This document shows positions 26,376 through 39,809 of a stretch of DNA of 64,000 bases, piece after piece (positions within the stretch are counted from its first letter, which is position 1; every line of letters starts with the position of its first letter). The stretch is taken from assembly GCF_032062105.1 (NCBI RefSeq), contig NW_026937553.1, positions 1 to 64,000 on the forward strand, read 5' to 3'. The stretch comes from Saccostrea cucullata (Eukaryota). A program made the translations under genes and the position numbers. Under the pieces are notes generated by a model. That model was not told where the DNA came from. It made no database searches and worked only from the letters and a program-made list of their open reading frames with translations.

Positions 26376-27126
26376 GCAGTTGGAAATTGAAATTTTTCAA
26401 CAGCATAGAATAATGATCCTTGAAAAAGTACTTGCATGCCACATTTATATTATAATCAGACTAAAATTGTATTTGGAGTAGCATTTTGAAAGCTAACCAC
26501 GGCAACACTGATCTCAAAAATTGATACACAGAATTATGATTTAGAACTTGTGTGCCAAGTTATATTGAAATATATTCTATTTTTAGTAACCACAGCAACA
26601 CCGTTTCGAAATCAAAAATAATTTTATACTACTTGTGTGCCAAGTTATATTAAAATCAGACTAAAATGTATCATGGAAACAAAAGTCATTTTTACACAAC
26701 AAAAAGATTTTAATATTGGTAAATGGAAATTTAAATTAAAAGAATTATTTCTTTTATCGTACAGTGAGTAAACAAAAAAAATGACATTTACTTCAAAAAG
26801 TAATTTTCTTTAAAAATAAATCTTGCATTAAAGCAATTTAATTTTGGAGACCTTGTGTGCCAAGTTATATTGAAATCAGACTAAAGCTGTAGGAGGAGTA
26901 GCTGAAAGAATTTCACCCTATTTTTTAACAACGGCAACACCGTTCATGTCAAAAACCGATATAATCATTGTGTGCCAAGTTATATTGAAATCAGACCAAA
27001 ACTGTCAATGTGAAAAATCGACGCATTACTATCGCATCTGGTCTTTTGCTAAAAATGACATTTACTTCAAAAAGTAATTTACTTTAAAAATAAATCTTGC
27101 ATTAAAGCAATTTAATTTTGGAGACC
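26270..27126. repeat. Nested local direct repeats between two convergent 3' ends
   Basis: tgtgtgccaagttatatt(g/a)aaat occurs at about 26549, 26634, 26854 and 26969, with a degenerate copy near 26435. A ~60-bp unit occurs at 26273 and 26675, and a ~75-bp unit at 26777 and 27051. Confidence 0.85.
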
Positions 27127-27325
27127 TAAATGAATCGACCCTTTTCCCTTTCTTGTAAATTAATCATTGTTCAAGACATCAATGTAAATCGCAGTTGTCA
27201 CTCATTCTTTAATTCACTCTTCCAAATATTCTTCATTTATATGTCTTAAACACTCATCCAACAATAGTATTCAGTTCCAATGGACTGTAATCTCAAATAT
27301 ACAAGGCTACATTATGACAAAGGCT

Positions 27326-30300
27326 TCACTTTCCATCTTCATGTGGTCTAAAATCTTCATGTGATTTGTAATCGATGTCATCGAAGTAAAATTTAGCAAG
27401 AGTTCCATTTAATGATTTAAGCTCGTCTTCTCGTAGACGATGGGTTTCATCTTCTTTGAATGATCGGTTATGGAAGGACAGGTTGTCAGCCGGTGTACTG
27501 TCGTATGTTGCGAAGGGACGCGGGATTCTAAAAGAGTAGCGCCCACTGGATTGTCGCTCAAATGATATCTCAGATCCGGAATCGTTGTTCATGTCACCTG
27601 TTCTGTTTTCAAAGGGAAAAAAGTTATGAAAGTTAATGCCTTTCCAATATATGATAACATAAAAACACTGAAAAATATTATCTTTACGGAAAATGAATCT
27701 TCTATAAAATCACTAGTCATAGAGTGTTCGGTGTCATGGTTTAAGGAAAAATTCCAGTTTGAAACACGTCGTAGTATTTGAAAGACCATTTAAAAAAAAA
27801 CATATGTAAACTTTTAAAGTGCAAATCTGTTTAATTTTAATAATGAAGTACCTCTTTTTGTATCTGATATAGAAAACCACTCCTACCACTACAAGTATTA
27901 ATACAATTAAAGCTATTATTCCACCAATGATGGCTCCTTGCATCACTCTAACTTCTGTTTAAAGAAAAAATAAAAAAATATATTCTTATTGAAGTTTCTT
28001 TACCCATTTTAATATTTTGTGGTACAAAAAAGAAGATTTAAGAAAACTAAATAAAACACTCACTTCTGTTTGCCTCCGAGTCGTAAGGATCTGAAAATTC
28101 TGATGCCGTTATATCTGTACATCTTACGTTCCCGTTCATTTTCCCTAAAACAAACGTTTGACAGTCTGATATTAATTATTCAAATTAAATCAATTCATAG
28201 TAAAGGTGATTAGAAGTAATTATTTTTTTTACACTTGTTACTGATTAGAAGGTTTGCATTAAAAATAATTTTCTTTTAAAAATTTCAAAGAGCAAATTGT
28301 TTGGTACGACTAAAAAAGTATCTGCATACATTGTCTGTCCCATACAAGTTCACAGAGATGAAATAAATTTACCCAAATCGGTGTTGTTCCTGACACACTG
28401 CTGATAATTCTTATGACGTAATTTCAGATCATCGTCATCCAGTTCTCTATACCCAGGTTTACAGGAACACCTCTTGTTTTTACATTCTTGTTCATCATGG
28501 TTGTAGCACGAGGAAAGGAACCCCATGCATCGGTCTCCAAGAAGTGGAAAACTAACGAACCATGACATTTTTCGTCTGCATCTTGTTCTATTGCTGCTTG
28601 AGACATATCCATCTTTACAAGAACAGATCCCACCAATACAAACTGCGTTTGGTCCCACACACTGCTTGTTTGATGCACATTTCCCGCCAAGATACTGTAC
28701 TATAAAATTGGATTATATGGCAGATATAGTATAACTTATCAATATTGCAAGTGTATTCAGTGAAAATATGTTTTATATGTGAACATAAAATTTTCGAAGT
28801 ACACGATATAAACTAAATTCTCTGTGTTTTCAAGTGTCTTTTCTTGATGCTAAATTGCAGTTTTTCCTCATATATTCAGTACGCAAACTTGTATCTTAAA
28901 TATTTCATTTACCTTACTGATGGTTATTAAACTCTATGTTACAAAGAATTTTTTTTTAGATACTTGTCATGTTCAACTTTCAACAAATATTTATGCGAAT
29001 CTGATAGAAATAGGTAGTTTAGTGACTCTATAATTTCTGCATGGTACATTCCTTACCAAAAAAACATTGAAAATTTTAAGTAAGATTCAGATAAAAAGTT
29101 ATTACAGCGGAAAGTGAGACGATGTTAAATATAATTATTTTTCTAGCAATTAAATCTATTATTTTCTCCCATTCTCTAATTTTCGGAGGTCCATATTTTG
29201 TATGTCCTTCGACAGATTGGTATTGTTTTCGGGGTATTTTTATAAGATACATTTCTAAAGTAATATTGATTTCATTACACAAAAGAATCTTCTTTATTTA
29301 AGTGTATATTTCCAAATATAAAATAAAATAATGATAAAGATGCTTAGAAAATAAAACGGGTAAAATTTACTTAACTATACAAAGATAATACCGTTGTTAT
29401 GTAACACTGAATATTTATTAAGAGTTGAATCCCTGAGATTAAATGTTCAAGGCTATGGAAAATTTACTTATCCCAGTGGCTTTTGCAGTGGTTTTGCACT
29501 ATTTGTTTACATCTGTTTTTCCCAAGTTCCTTTTTACTGTAGTTAAGTTTTTGCCGGAAAATATAACAACGCCATTAAGATTATTGGGGTCCAAATTGCT
29601 ATCCATATCAACGTTGTATTGGCCAGATACATAAATATTCCCATGCAATGCTTTGCACCATCAGAGACTCCTACAGACACCTAAGTGTTAAACATTATCA
29701 TTAAGCCAAAAATTGATGACAAAGGCATTATTTATTCTATCATTTATCCTTGAAGAAGCCAAAGAAACGCCAAGAGGAAGGCGTCCGGCTTCAAAGCATC
29801 CATGTAAGGGTAAATAAAACTGAAGTCAATGACATTGTGATTCAAACAATGTTCAAAGTCGTCCACAGGATACTCAAGCCGTGAAATAACATTTACTTCA
29901 GGCTGCATCCTTGTTTTGTCAAAACTAAGATCTCTCACCTTCTTCCGGCATTATTTTTTACAGAAAAAGGAGGATTTTTTCTAGAAATCAAAAACTTTTG
30001 ACGATAAAATATTAGAACTTTTCACTGAAATAAAACATAACTGATATATATTTTCAACTAAATTCTTATTGATTCCTGCTTTCGCAAGAAAACCTTGGGG
30101 GTAAATGAGGAAATGACGCTGTGTTTTAACTGTTTGTCTATTAGAGGAGAAAGAGTGTCTAAGTCTTTGTTTGATATTATTGTACATAATATATCCATTT
30201 CGTTACCACAGACAGATGCATAGTACATCCAGAATCAGTAAAATGAAATATGTATATTCTATAAATTTGAAACATTGTCTAGAGATGTCCATTTAAAAAT

Positions 30301-33300
30301 ATGATTTCTTACTTTTTAAGCATTGCTTATTGTCATCACTGGGTAAAAAGCCATACGTGCAGTGACACATCAAGCTGCCCCCACATTCAAAGCGTTTCTC
30401 GCAAACAGCATTTGCAGGACATGTGATGTTTCTTTCACAAGCTTTTCCAATGGGTACTGGAAAAAAGTTTAGTATTACAATTTTAAATAATGTATGCATG
30501 TTTTAGAGAATTGAATATATCATTTCATTGATAGCATTTTGATTAATTCTTGTTTGATTAATTTGAAATGAAATAATGGTTAGAATATCATCTTTAATTC
30601 CTCTTATCATTCAAGTCTGTTCTTCTCAGTAATACAAACCATCTAACTAGAGGTTCATGTACCACATGGCTCACCCGAGGGACTTTGGTTAGAGAAAAAC
30701 AAAATCATTTCCAAACTGAAAAGTTAGAATAAGCCCGCTTCCATATTTTAATGCCTAATTATGGCTTTACAATTCTTGAAAACATTTCGAAATACTTTTT
30801 CTTTATATTTTACAATATGAAGCTATTTAAGATTGGCCACACCCTTACCCCAAGGACCTTGCGTTGAACAATGTTGAATCAAAATTACTTTATAAGGCTT
30901 TCAAAATAGAATTCAAGTTTTACTGAGAAGACTTTTTGAAAGATACAATTTTCACTATTCTTAATTATGAATCCTTGAAAGAGAGAGTCTGGCTCTACAT
31001 TGGTATGAATATTGTATATTTATGTAATTTATATAATTTGATTCTCTTTCACTAAAGTATACTATGTGGCAAGTTTTGTTGAAACTAGTTGATTGGAACT
31101 GTAGAAAATAAAATGCCAAAAATTTATTATAACCACGACAAAAAAAAAAGATACACAATGTACACAATTTGATCAGAAAAACCCACTTAAGTCTTTAAAT
31201 CATCTGAGCTTATAATTGTATACCGTCCCTGTGCCATATATGTGTGGTAATATACATGTATAGAATATGATGTTTACTTCCAGTGAAAGCAAACTATAAT
31301 TTAAGTACTAATCAATTATTTTAAAATAAAATGTATATTTCTTACTGCTGGTTATTGTACGCTGTGTAGAACCAGCAGTTGTTGTTGTTCGAGATGCTTG
31401 CGTTGTTCTTACAGTTGGTTCTGCTGTTGTTGTAATAGCTATAGTTTGAGATGATACTGTTGTCACAACTGAACTATCTGAAATTTGTTGACTACTGGAT
31501 TGAGTTGGGGTTGGGCTTATGGTCAAAGATGCAGATATTGTTTGCTGTTCAGATGATGATGTGTATGGAGTAGAGATCTTAATCGTTGAAGCATATTCAG
31601 AAGAGATGGAAGGTTTAGAGAATATTGTTGTTTCCTCCAAAACTCCTGTGGTCGTTTTTGAGCTTGACAACTTTGTTGTTGATATGAATTGTGATGATGT
31701 GGATAACGGCTTCACAGAACTACTTTCTGACAATGATGATTCCATTGAACCATTTTCTGATGATACCGTAACAAATGGTGATTTGGAACTTTTTAACAAA
31801 GTTGTCGTTAATGAAGAACTGAAAGTTACCGGAGAACTAAACATTAGTTTAGATGATTCAATTAGAGCTGAGGTATATTGGAAACTAGGTTCCATCGAAG
31901 AATGGGGCATACTCTTGCTTGTAGGTGATAAATAAGTTGTCTTCAGGTTCGCTGTTGTGTAAAAAGATAAACTTGAATGAAAACTTGATGACGAGTGTTC
32001 ATAATTTTCACTTCTTGTCACCGTGTCTGAAATTAATGTGGTATAATCAGAGTTAACGAGGGAGTGATAAACTGTTTGTTGAGTTTCCAACTTTGTTTCC
32101 GAAAACGATTCCATCCCATTACTCCACGGAAGTATTGTGGAAGGGAAAGAGAAACTAATACTTTCTTCTAACTGGGCTGTCGATGAAGGTTCCGGAATTT
32201 CGGTGTATTCCTGTGTTTCATAGGCGGATGTTGTGATTGCTGGTGTAGGTTGTAAGTTTGAGAAACTTGTTAATGACGTTGATGGTAGTGTTTGTCCGAA
32301 ATCCGTTGATAATGATGGAATGTCAGATGTTGACACAAATTTTGATGAAAATTGATCGGTGGCCGGCAATGAAATGGTGATAATTGTTTGTTTTGCTGAT
32401 GAACTCGGTGTCACTACAATTTATGTATAAGTTGATTATTTTTAACTTTATCAATCGATGAAATGAAACAACAAGCTCTTAAGAGGATATATATTTTCTG
32501 AGAAATAAAAATACAGTTTATCTTGCATTACTTAAAAAAACCAAATTAATATCCAATTGTCAAGACTTCTACCTGGTGGTGGGCTAAAACACTGATCTTC
32601 TTTTATTCTGATGCCTGATAAAAGAAATATGCACATACAGTATATGATACTCGGGAAAATGTACGTTTTAGCAAGTTACTATTATATTTTGCTATATTGT
32701 TATACTGCTATGCTTATATATTGATAGCGATAGGTCAGCGATTTAACAGAAATAAAGTAATATACATGTACGTATTATCTGGCAAAAAAAAGTCCATGTT
32801 AACATATATATTTTCACACTGAATTTAATCACCAGTGTATAAATTATATAATGAAATTTTAAAAAAATCCCTGAGGTTTCCTGATTTTCTTTGTCGTAAT
32901 TCTACCAGTAGAAGTTAATTTGTTAGTTAGCGCCAGAGATCTTAACTCCCAAAGCCATTGATGGTGTGTGTATTGCAATAGAGGGATCAACAGGACTTTG
33001 TAAAGCTTCTAAATCCGTTATTTCACGTCGATTTGGACGATTTGTCTTGTGAACGTCCTAAACGGCTCAGACGATTGCGGAAATAACTTGATACTTCTAG
33101 TCAAGGTCTCTAAAACAGATTTTATAATCTTCTTTCCATATATTGTTAAGCTTTCAAGTCATGAAAATATCAAATCTTTTTTATGACTATCTGGAGAAAG
33201 TTGTTTATCTCTTCTTTTAAATTCTTATACGTTTTACTTGAAACTTCCTTTCCAAATTGGACTCAAAGACTACGCAAGGCCGTTTGCTTGTGAAAGTTTC

Positions 33301-36300
33301 ATTTTGTCATATACATGTATTTGCATCACTAAAAATTTTATTCTATTTTAGCAAACTTTACAAATTTACATTATATATATTGTTAAAACAAATATCTGTT
33401 AAATAAGTACTCTGAAATTATTATAAGAAGACGTCCTAGTTTCTGTTTGACAATACCGGTAACTTTGCAGTTTTAGAGATCAAGTTTTCCAACAATTTGG
33501 TGGAATTGCCATTTTAACGTTATTGGCAATCTTTTATTGGATTCATATACCGCAGAATTTATTCGGAAACTTGTAGATGGAAAATAAAGAACGACCTTGC
33601 TCTAACCTTCGATTCGACATTTAGACAGAGCTTTATCAACGAACAGTATACCTTTTCATTCCTACAGTGATTTCATATAGTTCTTTGAACTCGAAATAAG
33701 ACCGTCTGAAACATATGTTTCAAATTTAAATATTTTATGAGAAAAAGACACTTGGCAAACTAATAAAAAAAATTAATGATAAATGTAAAAGTTTCTTTGG
33801 CCATAAATAACAAATCAATGATGCAAAAAGAGAAAAAGATCACTCTAAAAAAATCAATGTAAAATCATAAAAATCTGTTATTAGCTAGGGCATAAACACT
33901 GACCCCAGAATTCTAGAGATGGAATCGGGTGCTTAGGAGGAGTAAACATCCCCTGTTGACTGACCACGTCAGCCGTGAGCCGTATACATGTACGGTATAT
34001 TGTATTGAACAGGTAGACAGTACATTTCGTAGTAGTATAGTTCAATGTAGTATAAAAACAAAGACCCAACAAATGTGTGGGACATATCAACCAGTATATT
34101 ACAAATTTGCTTTCAGGGTCATTAAACGACCATTGAATTTACAAAATGCTGATTTAAACGAGGTTGCTGAAATTCCTGTAACATCAGCTTATGTATAAGT
34201 AGCATGCTTCGGCTTTGAAACTGACCGTTCTCAAAGGATGCTCTGTATTTAGTTGAGATCGGGGCATTACAGCAAATAAGGATGGCTGACAATTAAAAAA
34301 CTTAACTCATTTTGTTTATTATAAAATTTATTTGTTAGTTGACCCTTATCGTTTATAATCTGTAAAATACACAGAAATGAACAAATTTAGCATAAAGCTG
34401 TCTTTTATTTCAAGTACACTGGGATATAGCGAGTCGGCATATCAAAGGAACTATTAATATTGTTAATTCATAATACATCGTCGAAAAATTTTTATTTTGA
34501 TTGATTGTATATTGTTTAACGTCCCTCTTGAGAATTTTTCACTCATAAGGTCACCAGTGTCAAATTTTTTTTTGAGCATTGAGGGTTCTTTATCGTGCCA
34601 ACGCCTAGAAGACCTACGTTTTTAAGGTCATATCCGAATTGACTTTCACTTCTAGTATATTGAAGAATATTTTTTCTCATGTAGACGTTTTTTAAATAAG
34701 AATATAAAATCAGGTCGACAAATAGATGAGCACAATCAGTGCCCATCGGAATTCCAAAAGTTACTTGATCCCTGAAGACTGATTATGACTGTTTTTATCA
34801 TTTTAAAATTTTTAACAAGTAATCTTGCTGACAAGATAAGAAATTTCTTACTATCATTTTTATTAAAGAACCAGCATTTGATGATATCAAAAAAGGCTAG
34901 TTTTTCATTTATCGTAGAGAATAGTTGCATAAAGTGTAGGTTTTTGTTTTACTTACTTTGAGTAAGAGAAAACTAAAATAAATTGGTAATCTCATTTCAA
35001 ATCTCCATTTTAGGACTTTCTTTAAATATGTTTTAATGTTCTTTTTATATTTTTCGAAAGGAATATGTTTTAAAATAAGCATAAATATTGATGATTCTTA
35101 TATTAATTTAACATTTTACTTACCAATTGAAAAATTTGCGGGAACGCATTGGACAACATTAAACGGATAGGCGTTGATAATTTCCATAGAAGCCTTTTTG
35201 TACCCTTTTGTGCAGACGCAAACACGTTTACCATTATCGCACTCCAAATGGTTTTCAGGGGAGCATTTCAGTTGTTTGTCGTCACAAAATTCGTTCAGTA
35301 AAGAGAAGCTGGTGGAAGTAGAGAGTAAAGGTTTTTGTTTGCAGTAGGTCACACTGCTGTTTGAATTGGAGGCTAAGTATCCGTTCTGGCAGGCGCATGT
35401 ACCTAGCTCGTGATCACAACGGGTACTGACGGGACGGCAGATCTGGGTAGAGGTGCATCTATCACCTACTTCTGCAACTGTAAATAAATTCGTAAATTAT
35501 AAACTTTAAAAAAGCGTCTTAAATGACGTTCTCAATGCTTTAAATATCTAATTTAAAAAATCAAAAGACAATAACATTATTTGTACCATATCTCATTAAC
35601 AAGCAGCATAGTAGAGCGCTTCAGAAGATATTAAAACAAAAGGAGGAGGCTTGAGAATTGCAAAGATCTTGAGAAAACTGTTTCAAAGCAGTAAATTTCT
35701 TCGATGTTGGAAAGAACAATAACGAGTGTTATTATATATAAAATATGGAGACATGAACAGTAGTCAAGCACAAACGCCCACTAAAACAATACAAAACTGG
35801 AGTAGAGAGAACTGTAGAAATTTTCCAAAAATAGTCCATAATGATAATTATTACATAATGATGGTTATTACAGGTTGAATCAGGTACAATGGAGGAGTAA
35901 GCATTCCCTGTGACAAGTACAACTGTCTTCTGCTCCTTGTCATGATCGGACAAACAGGAAAACGTACGTAGACAATTCAGCATAAAATAATGATTTTACC
36001 ATCTGAATAAAAACATCAGTGAGCATTCGACTCAATGATACTAGTAGATCGTTTTTGCTAAATGCATCTTTGTATCAACCACAGAATTCGAGAAGAAATG
36101 TAGGCTTTAAACAAGACTGTTTGAAATAAATGGTGGTAATATCCTTGTTTGAGTTGTTTCAACAACTCATTTTCAATGAGTCCCGTTTTAGAAGGTATTT
36201 CAACGTAGACGTACTGCTCTTGCTTGTAGAATAAGCTGCGGACATAAACTTTATATATGGATGTAAAAACAGTAAATTGATACATAAGTAAGGAAAGTTG

Positions 36301-39300
36301 GTGATAAAAAAAAGTTGTGATCATCACGTTTATCAGACAGTTTTTCTTGTAAAATTCTTCGATTAATAATGTACAAAATTGACAAACGATTAATATTAAT
36401 GACTCACTTTCTAATTGATTTCTAAATATTGTAATACTGTCCAAATCCAAGATAATTCAACGGACATCTGAGAATAATGGCGTAGGCTATCGGGGCGGAA
36501 GGACAGTGAATTTTTTCCCGTTTTATAAAAAGGGTCACTCGCTGTGTAATATCGTTGTTTCACAGTGAGTCTATCAAAAATGTATGCCAATTTCAGGCCA
36601 ACCGTACATTCCATTCCTAAGTACCCTCTAGTCTCTGGGTACAAACAACCTCATGTGCACAAAAGGTAACTCGATGGACCGGGGTCTATTATCTTTTCCT
36701 GATCTTACTTCCTGCATTTCTTCAGAAAACGACTTTCTAATTTTCCTGGGATCAAGGTGCCATGATGTTTACGCAGTATTTCTGTACGCCTGCTAAGCAA
36801 ATACCCCGCGACGCAATACTGTGTCATGGACGGGAGGTCTACATGTCAGCAACATTTCTATTTGACGTTTGCTTCTCATTAATTTTATGTAATTACATGT
36901 ATATTGTAATGCTAAGATGTCTGCATTCCAAAGGATGACTTTCAGTCGTCAGCGAGTCATTTGTGATAGATCCGTAGTAATTTTCCAAAAATAGTCAAAT
37001 GATAACTTATCGGATAAACATAAAAGAAAACTGGAGCAAAATGTAGATAAACAGAAATAAATAGTGTCAAATCTGGGAAACAATACACTTAATATTTCTA
37101 TAAAGTAATTCCACACTCAACTGGTTTAGCTCAGGAAGAGTGAAAATTGCACAGGTCACCCCAAACTGCCCAGATACTAATGGGAACAAGAGAAAAGATC
37201 ACGTCATAAAGAGAATACAAATATGTTTCAGCTACCTATCTTTGTAAGATATTGGATTATGAATGGTAAGATTTATCCATGTACAAACACGGAAGGAATG
37301 TCCCTCTTACCTATCACGCCCGCTGAATAAATGTTAGAATTGGAAGGATAAATTAAAATAACCCAAGAAGCCAGGGTTGTCGCAAGAATTCTCGAAACGT
37401 AGTGCAGGGAAGTGTCCGAGAGAGGTACTTCCCTCTCGGAGTTAGAATCTTTTTTTTTTTTAGAAATGGATATAATTTTGGTGAGTTTTGATTCATTCCA
37501 AAAATCAAATATTATTAATATTGATTTATAAAATCTAGCAGAATGCCTTTAAAAGCGAAAAAAAGTTATGTTGTCTGAAAAAAATAGCTTATTTTTTTAA
37601 AATGGTGTGCGATCGCATTAAAAGCATCCCCTTGCCAAAGGCCTAGAATCTGATGAAGTTCCTGCTATAATTTCTACTATGCATATGCGTATCTGTAGTT
37701 ATTTGTTATTTATCTAGAGAAAAGAAATTGAGATACTAGCAAAATTCTTTATTCCTCGAAAACGAAGGCAAGGAAATTTAAAGTACATGACTTTTGCTTG
37801 CCTGTTTTCCCCACTTCTTTAATTTAATTGCTTACGACATTCAATAAAGTTAGCGGCTCCTAACTCAGCACAATGGATGTTTAGGACCAGAGGTTAACTC
37901 CTGATTCAGATTCAAGGTCATTTAGACAAGGTCAGAGGGATTGGATATGCTGTACTCTGCTTTGATTCATAACGTGTCATTATTTTTGGGAAAAGTTAAG
38001 AAAAACAGTTAAGAAAGACATTTCCTGTATGAAGGTATCATAATTAAACTAAAAGAGTTGTTTTGAATTTGATCCAAGAACACTTGGGGAGGTCATGATC
38101 ACAGAGAGGCCATATATTCTTTGTAAATCAAAAATGTGCTTCACAAAAATTGTACATAATTATGCATCCTAGATTATTTAGTGAGACAGAGATAAAATCA
38201 ATGATCTTTTGTTTCTAATGTATACATGCTGCCATTTTGGATATTAATAAATCTACGTGTTTTCATGAGACTGTACCTCGATAGTACAGATAATGGTACA
38301 AAAAGTTCAGAAAAGCGAACTGCAAGAATACAATTTGAATACTTACTTGAAACACATTTGGTGTAGTTAAGATTGGGAATAAGGTCTGAACGACATAAAC
38401 AAATGCTGCCGTCGCAGCCTCTTATGGTGCATTTGGAATTGCTTGGACAATCTCTGTCGGTCTTGCAAGCTTCCATCAAGTTCTTCCTTTGAATGCCTGA
38501 ATCAACATATGATATAGATATTGTATTAATGTTTGCATTTGAAAGTTCTTGCATAAATCAAATTACTAGTCCATAAGGATTTCATCTCGTTTGTAAAACA
38601 AACGGTTCTTTGTACAATTTATTGACTATTTTTGCAAATACTTGTAATAAGTCTCGTTGAAAATATTTTCGAAGTATTTCATATACACATATTTTACAAT
38701 TGCATAGAAAGAAAAGTTGTTCTCGTGAAGTAGAAAAGTCTGTTCATGGTTCCTTTGATTTTCAACTTTTATTTCTATAAAATTATCTCAAAAAATGCTG
38801 ATACTCATTTCGAATGATATAAGTAAAAGTGGTTTACATAAAAAAAAATACATCAAACTACCTACTTTTTGGAATTAGGAATTTTACAATGTAATTTATC
38901 AGTACACACTACAAAAAACCTCTTATTTAACCTCTTCAAATAGTTGATTAATTAAAGAGGTTCGCCTGGGTGAAATTCTTTATGTTCTGTCTAATTGGTG
39001 GGAACTTCGAGCCTCTGATCCAGATAACATTTTCTTCAATGAAATTGTTTACAGTCCGTGGCCTGTTTAGGCGCAGCTAATACCCGAGTGTACACCAAAA
39101 CAAGATAATGAAATAAATAGGAGGATCAAAATTGTATGTTATCCTCTTTCCATCAAATTCATTGTTATATTGTCAAATAGAATGAAACAATGCACAAAAA
39201 GGGTTGGATGGGAAGTTTGGAAATATCTGGATGAATTTTGCCATGATGTTTTATTTTTGTGTTCGTGGGCTTTTCCTATCTTTGTACATCTTTGTACAAA

Positions 39301-39809
39301 ATTCATTAGCCACTTTAAGCATGCACACAATCTTCCATATATGATTCTTAAATTTAAAAATGAATATACTTTTAAAATTAACATTTTCATTTGGAAATGT
39401 TTGAAATGGGAAAGACCATGGCTGCAATATTGAAAAAAAACATGAAGTATACAATGTAGCATCTACAAATTACACGTTTTGTAAACAAATAAACCAGTTA
39501 ATGTTCTGTATCATAATATTGATAAACACTTGATTCCTCTGAAATGCTTCATGCATGCATGTATGTATGACACTTGTATATTTAATAAAATATCATTAAT
39601 GTCAATTTATATCCTAATACATTAGTCTTGTTATCTAACTCATCAATAAAGCGATTGTAATATTTGATCCAAGTCAAATATAAGTTAAATAAATATGACA
39701 TTTGTTTTATGTACTACTTTGAAAATAAATTGTCATCTGAAAAATGAAATGTGGTCATACCTTGCGTTAGAGAGGATGTTGCAATCGCAATTATAATCCA
39801 ACGAAACAT
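27326..39809 (-). CDS. Type I membrane protein: signal peptide, Cys-rich EB/EGF-like modules, Ser/Thr mucin stalk, second Cys-rich block, TM helix, cytoplasmic tail
   Basis: Phase-consistent exons 39809-39761 (MFRWIIIAIATSSLTQ), 38496-38347, 35477-35124, 32614-32573, 32413-31346 (S/T-rich), 30456-30313, 28699-28373, 28144-28064, 27954-27852 (GAIIGGIIALIVLILVVVGVVFYIRYKKR) and 27602-27326. Repeated G..C....C....C...C.C..G[YF] motif. Confidence 0.85.
30645..31213 (+). mobile_element. Degenerate HINE/pearl-like non-autonomous element
   Basis: 5' end ctagaggttcatgtaccacatggctcacccgag and 3' end tgatcagaaaaacccacttaagtct..tctgagct. This resembles the subterminal-repeat plus 3'-palindrome layout of bivalve Helentron-derived repeats. 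Related pieces occur at 43235-43920 and 53170-53270. Confidence 0.55.
33430..33745 (+). mobile_element. Degenerate Penelope-like reverse transcriptase fragment
   Basis: Frameshifted remnants read DQVFQQFGGIA, LLAIFY, AEFIRKL, FDSTFR and ELEI. These match the QQxVGIPMG / LLADLFLYSYE / FRYIDD region of this RT family. Confidence 0.6.
33885..34940 (-). mobile_element. Degenerate Penelope-like retroelement 3' part, interrupted by a SINE
   Basis: ORF remnants FDIIKCWFFNKN, MGTDCAHLFVDLILYSY and HKLMLQEFQQPRL. A terminal motif caggggatgtttactcctcctaagcacc lies at about 33928-33955. Confidence 0.7.
34497..34640 (-). mobile_element. Truncated copy of the tRNA/V-domain SINE
   Basis: Reverse complement of the 3' end of the 5471 SINE: gattgattgtatattgtttaacgtccctcttgagaatttttcactcata. 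Confidence 0.8.
35870..36420 (-). mobile_element. Degenerate Penelope-like RT C-terminal fragment with terminal motif
   Basis: Remnants KLSDKRDDHNF..NFPYLC and LKQGYYHHL. The terminal motif cagggaatgcttactcctcc lies at about 35891-35910. Confidence 0.6.

Noticed and set aside
26430-27000. CRISPR-like repeat array
   Set aside because: Spacing is irregular, the spacers are themselves repeated, the context is eukaryotic and there are no cas genes.
31519-31935. 138-aa acidic ORF on +
   Set aside because: Antisense shadow of the S/T-rich mucin exon.
36058-36644. Novel protein ORFs on -
   Set aside because: Mostly off-frame readings of a decayed retroelement RT, with no consistent splice or domain support.
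39139-39462. Overlapping short ORFs on both strands
   Set aside because: Intronic AT-rich sequence with no recognisable motif.
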